Positions 19,271-26,466 of a DNA stretch of 59,379 nucleotides are shown here, one piece after another. Within the stretch, counting starts at the first letter, position 1. Every line of letters begins with the position of its first letter. Below the pieces are notes generated by a model. That model ran no database searches. It was not told where the DNA came from and saw nothing but the letters and a program-made list of their open reading frames with translations. The stretch comes from a virus (Duplodnaviria; Caudoviricetes), in IMG/VR virus record IMGVR_UViG_3300020420_000015, positions 1 to 59,379 of that record; one strand, 5' to 3'. Position numbers and translations under genes: made by a program.

Positions 19271-19512
19271 GTATCGCTAACACAACGATTTATCAAAACT
19301 GATTTTGCAAGCTCTAACAAAAACACCATATCCGGACCCTTGCCATGTGATGTGGCCATAAACAAGTTGCCTTCATCAGTCCACCCAACAACAAGTGCCT
19401 CTGTCATGGAAACCTCTTCACGAAGCACACCCAGCATTTCTTTTGGGTCTAAATCAGGGTCTTCATGTATAGAAGGGTTACCCGGAAATTGTATTATATT
19501 TGTCATCTTCAA
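19267..19512 (-). CDS. Hypothetical protein
   Basis: Coupled to terL start; NIIQFP N-terminus. Confidence 0.65.
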   Translation of the reverse strand: MKMTNIIQFPGNPSIHEDPDLDPKEMLGVLREEVSMTEALVVGWTDEGNLFMATSHGKGPDMVFLLELAKSVLINRCVSDT

Positions 19513-19702
19513 TTTCTTCCAGAATCTCTATTCTGTCTCGGTGTATTGATATTTTATCAAGTTCACCCTGAATAGCTTCAAGAATATCGGAATGCTCTCC
19601 TATTCCTGCTGGATTAGATAGATAAACATTTATGTTTGTTTTGTGCAACTGAATGTTGCCGTGTGCCTGAGCAATCAAAGCACGGATTATTTCTTCTTTC
19701 AT
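19478..19702 (-). CDS. Hypothetical protein
   Basis: YLSNPAGIGEHSDI.EAI motif; GGAG SD upstream. Confidence 0.65.
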   Translation of the reverse strand: MKEEIIRALIAQAHGNIQLHKTNINVYLSNPAGIGEHSDILEAIQGELDKISIHRDRIEILEEIEDDKYNTISG

Positions 19703-19833
19703 ACTTAACTCCCTCTCCCTAGAAAATGACGGCGGGGGAGCAAACTAGTATTTGCTCAACCCCACCGGGGGTGTCGGGAGACGTTACACCCCAAGTAACT
19801 ATACAACACAGTTACCTGTTACACTAGACTCAG

Positions 19834-19882
19834 GTATATATCTATATTAATATATATATATATATAATATATATATCATATA
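19834..19882. repeat. (TA)n-rich tract between divergent genes
   Basis: TATATATCTATATTAATATATATATATATATAATATATATATCATATA. Confidence 0.85.
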
Positions 19883-19897
19883 AGGGAGAGACTGGTA

Positions 19898-20110
19898 ATG
19901 AAAGAATTTGCTATTGCATTGAGCATTTGGACCCACACAGGCACAGAATGGGTTTTGGAAAGTCAAGACGTGTTAAAGGAAACATCCTATCAAGAACATT
20001 GCGAATTTTCATCTTATGAAGAGATGAAACATGAGGGTAGTGAAAATAGATATTTTAAAGTGATTGTTCAATGTTATCCTGTTTCTTGCTCTGAAAAGGA
20101 ACTATGCTAA
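19898..20110 (+). CDS. Hypothetical protein
   Basis: GGGAGAG SD upstream; first of three coupled + strand ORFs. Confidence 0.6.
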   Translation: MKEFAIALSIWTHTGTEWVLESQDVLKETSYQEHCEFSSYEEMKHEGSENRYFKVIVQCYPVSCSEKELC

Positions 20111-20359
20111 ATGTTTAAGGCCTTTATAGTAGCTTGTCACATAGCTAATCCTGCTGACTGCATACTCATAAGTGATGACCGTGGCCCTTATGACACTGAG
20201 GAAGAATGCAAAACTCGTATTGTAGAAATGATTGAAGACTCGATAGATGTATTCAGAATGATACAAGTTCCCATGATATTTAAGCTGACAAGCTGTGTAC
20301 ACCCAGACGATATGGAATTTACAAATGTCAACATTACTGACCAATATTCCAAACGCTAA
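20111..20359 (+). CDS. Hypothetical Cys-containing protein
   Basis: MFKAFIVAC...C...D.RGPY.TEEEC..R. Confidence 0.65.
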   Translation: MFKAFIVACHIANPADCILISDDRGPYDTEEECKTRIVEMIEDSIDVFRMIQVPMIFKLTSCVHPDDMEFTNVNITDQYSKR

Positions 20360-20960
20360 AGTTTATGTTCGCAAAGAGTATCTTATGGACCACCAAGAGG
20401 GGCATGGTGAGTTCATAGAGGGCCATTGGGTAACAGCAAAGTCCATTCCCGGCAGAGCTTTCTACTTTGAGACATACCTGCCGCAATATGGCGCTTTATA
20501 TGATAAATTACCGATTAGTGCCTTTTTATCAGAGCCAAAAACCCCAGAACCAGACCTGTCCCTGCCAAATCTGCAATTCTGGAACTGCATGGACTATGGC
20601 GTTACGTCTATTTACAAGCAGTTTATCGGGTCTATGGACTTTGAAGTCCGAACCAGAGACTCTGGTAATTTTTACGGCACATATATCTGCACATTAGACA
20701 ACTACCATGCACAGGCAGATGAAATAGACTACTCAACGTCCGAAATTCCCGAAGAACACAAGTCATTTAACCTGATAGAGCTAGAAAACGGGCAATATGC
20801 ACTGTACCCAAACAACAGAATGCGGGTATATGACAACTCTCTAACCCCAGAAAACCCGTTAATGCCCGATTTTAAGGTATCCACCGACTATTATCAGGTA
20901 GAATCAGGCAACAAATACCGCCTAGGGGACACAGAAGAGTATTTTTACGAAAAAAATTAG
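20325..20960 (+). CDS. Conserved phage hypothetical protein
   Basis: YVRKEYL...KSIPGRAFYFE.YL..YGALYDKLPISAF...PNNR; ATG 20325 preferred over GTG 20295. Confidence 0.75.
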   Translation: MSTLLTNIPNAKVYVRKEYLMDHQEGHGEFIEGHWVTAKSIPGRAFYFETYLPQYGALYDKLPISAFLSEPKTPEPDLSLPNLQFWNCMDYGVTSIYKQFIGSMDFEVRTRDSGNFYGTYICTLDNYHAQADEIDYSTSEIPEEHKSFNLIELENGQYALYPNNRMRVYDNSLTPENPLMPDFKVSTDYYQVESGNKYRLGDTEEYFYEKN

Positions 20961-21053
20961 TACGAGGGTTAGGATTCCTACCCCTATTTTCCCGAAAAAC
21001 ACCCGGGGGGAAAATAAACTATTTGTATCATGGTACAAATTAGGGGGTGGGGG

Positions 21054-21302
21054 TCATTGTATAGTGGGTTTAGTGGTATATTCCCAGTAATCCCATATCT
21101 CACGCCTTCTCTTCTCCACGATAAATAGAAGTATATTCCTCTCTATTTCGCTCAGAGACGCCCAAGCATCTCTTTCGGCGGGTGTCATACTACATATCAG
21201 ACAAATGCTCTCAGTGGGGCTTAAAACGCCAACAAACCTACAATCATGCTGGCATGGAAGGTCTATGTTTTTTCTTTTGTCATCGGATGTGTAAATCATC
21301 AT
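21054..21302 (-). CDS. DUF1289-like small Cys protein
   Basis: PC...C...ICLIC.MT..E...W pattern; start moved to ATG at 21302. Confidence 0.5.
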   Translation of the reverse strand: MMIYTSDDKRKNIDLPCQHDCRFVGVLSPTESICLICSMTPAERDAWASLSEIERNILLFIVEKRRREIWDYWEYTTKPTIQ

Positions 21303-21389
21303 GTAGTCCGCGTGGGCGGGGCCAGCCCGACAAACGGGTGTGGGGGTAGGGTGGGGTCCGTACATACGCCAAAGTTTGCGTGGGTAGGG

Positions 21390-21860
21390 TCACTCGCCCA
21401 TCAGCAACGCCAAACGCCTCTGCAAATCGGCCTCAATCTCAGACGCTGACCTGTTTGAATTTTCATCTGTCACCACATTATCTGAAAACATACCTATGGA
21501 CCTTCCCAACTGGGTGAGGGCTGAGACCCGTGACGTATCACTGCCAGACACTGCCTCTTCCTTGAGCCTATCAGTCACCCATATTCTCAGGCGGTCCTCG
21601 TCTGTCCGCTTTCGTGCGGTGATTTCCTCAGTTATGGACTTTATCCTCTGTGCAACCTTGGTGTTCTCTGTTGCCAGCTTCGAGGCATTAGCCCATACAG
21701 TGCTTGGTTTTGTGCCTTCCTTAACATCGTAAGCCTGACGGTAGGCTTCTGTCAGTGTTTCACCTTGTGCAACCATCTGGCAAAAGTGTTCCTGCTTGGC
21801 TGTAAGTTTATCACCTGCATCTGTCACTATTGATAGGTGAGGGTGTTTATCTTTTGGCAT
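21390..21860 (-). CDS. terS: Terminase small subunit
   Basis: LTAKQEHFC..VA.G.T..EAYRQAY...ASKL...V..RI...AL..LGR.IGMF. Confidence 0.8.
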   Translation of the reverse strand: MPKDKHPHLSIVTDAGDKLTAKQEHFCQMVAQGETLTEAYRQAYDVKEGTKPSTVWANASKLATENTKVAQRIKSITEEITARKRTDEDRLRIWVTDRLKEEAVSGSDTSRVSALTQLGRSIGMFSDNVVTDENSNRSASEIEADLQRRLALLMGE

Positions 21861-22396
21861 GTTCTATTCCCTTTGTTCTGCCACCATGCGCTATCGCTTG
21901 GTCGGGCTTTCACATTCGTACTATGGAACAAATTATACCAGACCCCATGCAGTTGACGCTACCCATATGCCTTTTAAAGGCGATTTAAAGCCCCGTGAGT
22001 GCCTATCTCTATTTTTGCTCATAATCATACACGGGTATGTCGAGAAACGCCTGTACGGGCAAATAAGGTATTTTGAGCATAAAAATTCGCAGTTTCCCGT
22101 ACAATAATTTGGGGCCATTAAACGTCTATAAATTAAATAAAGAAAATAACTCAAAAGACTTGAATAATACTCAGAATAGTGTATTTAGAGGGTATATTCT
22201 TTTTTTTCAAATTTTGGAGGCCATCGCTACACTTACCGGACACGCCCACGGGGGCAGGGGCTAGCAACCCCGACCATACTGGACCACCACCTATTTACCG
22301 CTTCGATAGCGTCCGGCTTATGCGCAAAATGGGGGTGTAGACTGAGGCAGACATGTTTTGCTGTAACGTATCGGTTTAGAGTACGCCTTGCTTATA

Positions 22397-22449
22397 TCCT
22401 GTCGCTGGCATTGGTAGCCAGTTATGAAGAGACACCAAACGAAACAGGA
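22397..22449 (+). ncRNA. Candidate type III hammerhead ribozyme with variant core
   Basis: Stem III TCCTGT/ACAGGA, GTC site (C22403), stem I GCTGGC/GCCAGT, core TATGAAGA (canonical CTGANGA), 1-bp stem II, GAAA; loop I TTGGT complementary to loop II ACCAA. Confidence 0.6.
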
Positions 22450-22457
22450 GACGTTTT

Positions 22458-22631
22458 ATGTATAAAGTAATAGCTGAAGCACACAATATGAGTGCAGATA
22501 GTACATGTAGAACACTGCAAGATGCTAAGAATGCTTGCGGTGTTATGCTTGAGAAGTTGGGTTATCAGAAAAAAGATATCCACATCATCACGCCTGAAGG
22601 CAAAAAATTATACCTCGTTCCTCAAAAATAG
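22458..22631 (+). CDS. 57-aa early protein (missing from ORF track)
   Basis: AGGAG SD 7 nt upstream; MYKVIAEAHNMSAD...LYLVPQK. Confidence 0.7.
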   Translation: MYKVIAEAHNMSADSTCRTLQDAKNACGVMLEKLGYQKKDIHIITPEGKKLYLVPQK

Positions 22632-22640
22632 GAGAATACA

Positions 22641-22820
22641 TTGGTTGAATATTTCCACATTTATGTAAATGGCGGCCTCACATATGTGGGGCTGGTTTTA
22701 TCTCAGGCCGTACAGGTCATGGATAAATTAAAGGCTGATGGCAACAAGCCAGTTATGAAGTCTTATATGCTGGACCCTGTCGTGCTTGCGGCAATGTCAC
22801 AATCGTATGATGACAACTAA
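22641..22820 (+). CDS. 59-aa early protein, TTG start (missing from ORF track)
   Basis: AGGAG SD; MVEYFHIYVNGG...SQSYDDN; stop abuts the hammerhead at 22821. Confidence 0.65.
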   Translation: MVEYFHIYVNGGLTYVGLVLSQAVQVMDKLKADGNKPVMKSYMLDPVVLAAMSQSYDDN

Positions 22821-22885
22821 GCTACCTGATGATGGGCGCGTAGGACACGCCCGAAACACCGCGCCTTGCGGTGTCGTAGCGTCCT
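22821..22885 (+). ncRNA. Type I hammerhead ribozyme with pseudoknot; predicted cut 22875/22876
   Basis: GCTAC-CTGATGA-T-GGGCG[CGTAGGACA]CGCCC-GAA-ACACCGC[GCCTT]GCGGTGT-C-GTAGC; loop II AGGAC pairs with 3' GTCCT. Confidence 0.92.
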
Positions 22886-22915
22886 GCTACATTCCCTACA
22901 ATTTTGGAGACAAAA

Positions 22916-23587
22916 ATGCAAAACGTAACAAAAATTTTAGACATGGACACACTTAACACAATCAATGCCAATGAGAAAAAAATTGGCAAGCTTAACGGTA
23001 AGGCTTCCGCGATTACAGAAGAACGCCAGAAGCTAAAAATGACTAGCTACTGTCTGCTAGTGTCCGGCATGGCAGGGGCTAAGTTGGATAAAGGTAATTT
23101 TAAGTCTGCCGACAGGACCAACCTGAAGGGTGATTTAATGGACGCTGGCGGCCTGACAGATAGCATGGCCGAAAAGTACATCAAAAATGTCGCTGGTGCT
23201 AAAAATAAGCTTAAGGACCACGGCATTAACTCAGATAACATCACACCAGCTGGTGTTGCTGAAATCTTCGAGGACCAAGGTATTACCTCAGAAGCCAAGC
23301 TTATAAAGTTAATCTCTGGTGACAGTGCAAAGTCTAAGGTAGAGCAATTAGTTGACAAGGTTGCTGGCAAGCGTTCGCGCAAGAAAGATAAAGACGGCAA
23401 CAGTGTAGACGGTGATGCTTGGTTGGGTGGTTTGACAGATGAAGATTTATCTGAATTCCACAACAAACTGGCAGATGCTTTAAGGCTTCGCGGTGAAATA
23501 AAGAAAGCCTCTCAGGCGGCTGGTGATAAGGCTCAGGCTGAGATTGAACAAGTCAATGCAATGTGTGAGCAATTAGGCGCGGCATAG
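22916..23587 (+). CDS. Hypothetical helical early protein bracketed by two hammerheads
   Basis: GGAG SD before ATG 22916 (in frame with track ORF 22904); no recognisable domain. Confidence 0.8.
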   Translation: MQNVTKILDMDTLNTINANEKKIGKLNGKASAITEERQKLKMTSYCLLVSGMAGAKLDKGNFKSADRTNLKGDLMDAGGLTDSMAEKYIKNVAGAKNKLKDHGINSDNITPAGVAEIFEDQGITSEAKLIKLISGDSAKSKVEQLVDKVAGKRSRKKDKDGNSVDGDAWLGGLTDEDLSEFHNKLADALRLRGEIKKASQAAGDKAQAEIEQVNAMCEQLGAA

Positions 23588-23649
23588 CTACCTGACGAGC
23601 CAGCTTAGGACACTGGCGAAACTACCCCACGGGGTAGTCGTAGCGTCCT
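23587..23649 (+). ncRNA. Type I hammerhead ribozyme with pseudoknot; predicted cut 23639/23640
   Basis: GCTAC-CTGACGA-GCCAG[CTTAGGACA]CTGGC-GAA-ACTACCC[CACG]GGGTAGT-C-GTAGC; canonical core; loop II AGGAC pairs with 3' GTCCT. Confidence 0.95.
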
Positions 23650-23678
23650 GCTACATTCAACAACTTATGGAGAAAGTC

Positions 23679-23888
23679 ATGAAAACTTTTGTTCATTTTG
23701 TCGGTATGAGGACTGATGCTGAATACTTAGCCGCAGTCAGAGTTTACGGCAAACCTGATTTCATCCATCTGTATCATGACCGCAGAATGTATGGGGATAT
23801 TGATGCAGATAGGGATATTGTGGTGCTTGGTTCAAAAGGCAGGGATTTACCCTGTGAATATTCAGACCAAGACCATGAGAGACATTAA
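23679..23888 (+). CDS. Small early protein
   Basis: GGAG SD; VHFVG.R...Y..AVRVYG.PDFIH..HD.R. Confidence 0.75.
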   Translation: MKTFVHFVGMRTDAEYLAAVRVYGKPDFIHLYHDRRMYGDIDADRDIVVLGSKGRDLPCEYSDQDHERH

Positions 23889-23910
23889 CAAAAGCATGGG
23901 AGATTTTTAC

Positions 23911-24156
23911 ATGCAGAAACATAGAAGAGACCTACTGTCAGGGTTTTATGGCAGATTTTTCACTGGCTTTTTTACAAAGCTAGACGGTACTGAACGGCCT
24001 GTCTGGGGTGTCATTAAGAATGACCCCAACGTGCCGGACCACTTGTGTGTCGTTTATGACATGCGGTTGAAGCAGTACAGGCGTTTCAATATTGAACTGC
24101 CTTTTAATATTCGTTCAGGTAAAGACTTTATCTGTGCGGCTCATACCAACGCATAA
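23911..24156 (+). CDS. Small SH3/Sm-like (WYL_2/DUF2693-like) protein
   Basis: FF...FTK.DGTER...G...VVYD....YRRF; GGGAG SD before ATG 23911. Confidence 0.55.
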   Translation: MQKHRRDLLSGFYGRFFTGFFTKLDGTERPVWGVIKNDPNVPDHLCVVYDMRLKQYRRFNIELPFNIRSGKDFICAAHTNA

Positions 24157-24168
24157 CGGGAGAAAAAA

Positions 24169-25215
24169 ATGCGTATATCTCAAACTGTTCCTATAATTCA
24201 GAAGGCTATAGAAAGCCAGCTTAATTTTCGTATTTCAAACGGTGGGCGTGATGCTCAACGGCTTATCCCATACTTGCAGGGCAAGGCAGGGCTAGGCAAA
24301 ACCACCTCAATAATCAGCGTATGTGAGGCCAATGATAACTGGTCTTATTTCATTTTATCGCTGGCCCAGTTTGATGCTGGTGAACTTATGGGCGTTATTG
24401 CGATGGACGGTGATAATGCTAAACGTCTGAAGCCACATTGGCTGGTGCATGTTGAACAGCTAGCATCCGATAGTGATGTGGTGGTTCTGTTCTGCGATGA
24501 ATTGGCCCAAGCCCCCGTGGCGAATATGAACGTGGCCCGTCAGTTAATTAACGAGTTACGATGTGGTGATTTTATGTTGCCGGATAATGTCGTTATCGTT
24601 GCGGCTGGCAATCGTGTATCGGACAGGGCTGGGGCAAACAATATCCCAACACATATGAAAGACTGCCTGATGTTTTTGGACGTTGAGGCAGATTTAGATG
24701 ACGCTGTTGGGTATTTGTCAAGCAAAGGTATAAGCCCCGTCATTACTGGGTTTATGCGGTTCCGGCCTGAGTTGCTTAACAAGGTGGACCGTGACGCAGA
24801 CGCTAATCCATCACCCCGTTCTTATGAGAGACTTGATACAGTGCTTTCATGGGGCTTGCCAGAACCTGTTGAAAAAGAGGCAGTTGCTGGCATTTTGGGC
24901 AGGGGTGTATGTGCTGAGTTTTACGGTTACAAGCCTATATTCGACAGTGCCATCACTGTTGATGAGGTGCTTGCTAATCCTACATCAGCACCCGTGCCGG
25001 AAGAACCAGCAGTCTGCTACGCTGTAACATCTGCACTGGCCCACGCCATGACAGATAAAAATGTCGGGGCCATTACCCAGTATCTTGCCCGTTTTGTGCA
25101 TAAAGAATTTTATGTGCTGGCAATGAAAGATGCTTTCAAGCGTACACCTTCACTGAAACAAACACCCGAATTTAGGGCGTTTCTATTAGAGCATGGCGCA
25201 GAACTCATGCTCTAA
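24169..25215 (+). CDS. MoxR-like AAA+ ATPase
   Basis: GKAGLGKT (Walker A), VLFCDE (Walker B), AAGNR, SPRS. Confidence 0.88.
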   Translation: MRISQTVPIIQKAIESQLNFRISNGGRDAQRLIPYLQGKAGLGKTTSIISVCEANDNWSYFILSLAQFDAGELMGVIAMDGDNAKRLKPHWLVHVEQLASDSDVVVLFCDELAQAPVANMNVARQLINELRCGDFMLPDNVVIVAAGNRVSDRAGANNIPTHMKDCLMFLDVEADLDDAVGYLSSKGISPVITGFMRFRPELLNKVDRDADANPSPRSYERLDTVLSWGLPEPVEKEAVAGILGRGVCAEFYGYKPIFDSAITVDEVLANPTSAPVPEEPAVCYAVTSALAHAMTDKNVGAITQYLARFVHKEFYVLAMKDAFKRTPSLKQTPEFRAFLLEHGAELML

Positions 25216-25277
25216 GACATGGGGGCAGGCATGGTCCTGCCCCAATTCATACCATAGTACAAATCGGAGACACAGAT

Positions 25278-26432
25278 ATGGATGCAAATACCAAAATTTC
25301 ACGGGCCAAGACACGGCTCTTATTGGACCAGCCTTTCTGGGGTACGTTCACAATGGGTACGCCATTCTATGCTGATGACAAGGTGGACACTGCTTGCACC
25401 AACGGTCAACACATTAAATGGAACCCGTCTTTTGTTGATACCTTAGAGCCAACCAATACTATTTTCTTGGTTGCTCACGAAATAGGCCACATAGTCTTTC
25501 AGCATTGTAACCCCATTAAAGAAATCGATGGCAAGCCTGTGGACCCTGAGGTTCACAATATGGCACTGGATTATGTGCTTAATGCTATTCTCATAGATGG
25601 CAATGTAGGTGAAATGCCGGAAGGTGGTTTATACGAGCCTAGATATCACGGCTGGCCTTGGATTAAAGTTTACCGTGAATTAATTGCAATGGATAAAGAT
25701 GAACGCCCAAAGTCTCAGCCTTGGGGTGGCAATGTCGGCAATCCTGAGGACGATAACGGTAAGCCCTTGCAGGGCAGTCAGCTTGAACAGCACAACATGG
25801 ATATCGAAAGGCGTGTGTTCATGGCGGCAGAGGCCGCTAAGTCTGCTGGTAAATTACCAGCTGGTATTGATGACCTCGTCACAAAAATGAGACGTTCACG
25901 GGTAGATTGGCGTGATGTCTTTAATCGGTTTATCGGTGGTGAACAGCCGGACGATTACACTTGGCGCAGACCACAGAAAAGAATGTGGTTCCAGCATGGC
26001 GTGTACATGCCTTCAGTAGATAAGGTTGGTGTCGGGGATATTGTCGTTGCTGTAGATAGTTCAGGCTCAACTGGCGGACATCATCGGGAATATTTCTTTG
26101 GTGTTCTTAATCAGGTCATAGAAGACCACAATCCAACTTCTGTTACAATCATTACTTGTGATGCTGAGGTGCAAACAGTCAGGCGTTACGAGCAGGGTGA
26201 CATTGTAGAAGACATGGACGTTAAGGGTGATGGTGGCACGAGAGTAGAACCAGTGTTCAGATATGTCAGTGAAGAAAACATTAAGTGCAATGCTCTTGTT
26301 TATCTCACAGACATGGGCATCTGGGATTTTCCAGACAATAAGCCTGATTACCCCGTTCTGTGGGTATCAACTGACCCCGACTGTGCGGACGCACCTTTTG
26401 GGGAAACAACACGCATACAGGTGGCGGCATAA
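25278..26432 (+). CDS. Metallopeptidase-like plus vWA domain protein (DUF2201 family)
   Basis: TACTNG, AHEIGH zincin motif, VDSSGS MIDAS, GGT, YLTD. Confidence 0.85.
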   Translation: MDANTKISRAKTRLLLDQPFWGTFTMGTPFYADDKVDTACTNGQHIKWNPSFVDTLEPTNTIFLVAHEIGHIVFQHCNPIKEIDGKPVDPEVHNMALDYVLNAILIDGNVGEMPEGGLYEPRYHGWPWIKVYRELIAMDKDERPKSQPWGGNVGNPEDDNGKPLQGSQLEQHNMDIERRVFMAAEAAKSAGKLPAGIDDLVTKMRRSRVDWRDVFNRFIGGEQPDDYTWRRPQKRMWFQHGVYMPSVDKVGVGDIVVAVDSSGSTGGHHREYFFGVLNQVIEDHNPTSVTIITCDAEVQTVRRYEQGDIVEDMDVKGDGGTRVEPVFRYVSEENIKCNALVYLTDMGIWDFPDNKPDYPVLWVSTDPDCADAPFGETTRIQVAA

Positions 26433-26466
26433 TGCCGCTACCTACCTTCAATAACAGGAGACAAAA

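Noticed and set aside
21859-22264. Track ORFs 21859..22107, 21933..22154 and 22073..22264
   Set aside because: Mutually overlapping, no convincing SD, atypical composition; the region reads as the divergent control region.
22747-22781. 14-nt AGCCAGTTATGAAG shared with the type III hammerhead, plus nearby CTTATAT and CCTGTCG
   Set aside because: Falls within a small ORF, the pieces are in a different order and no ribozyme fold forms; cannot be distinguished from chance or an old remnant.
22821-23658. CRISPR mini-array or att-site reading of the GCTACCTGA...GTCGTAGCGTCCTGCTACATTC repeats
   Set aside because: Only two copies ~765 bp apart, with internal covarying stems fully explained by the hammerhead fold; no cas operon or integrase.
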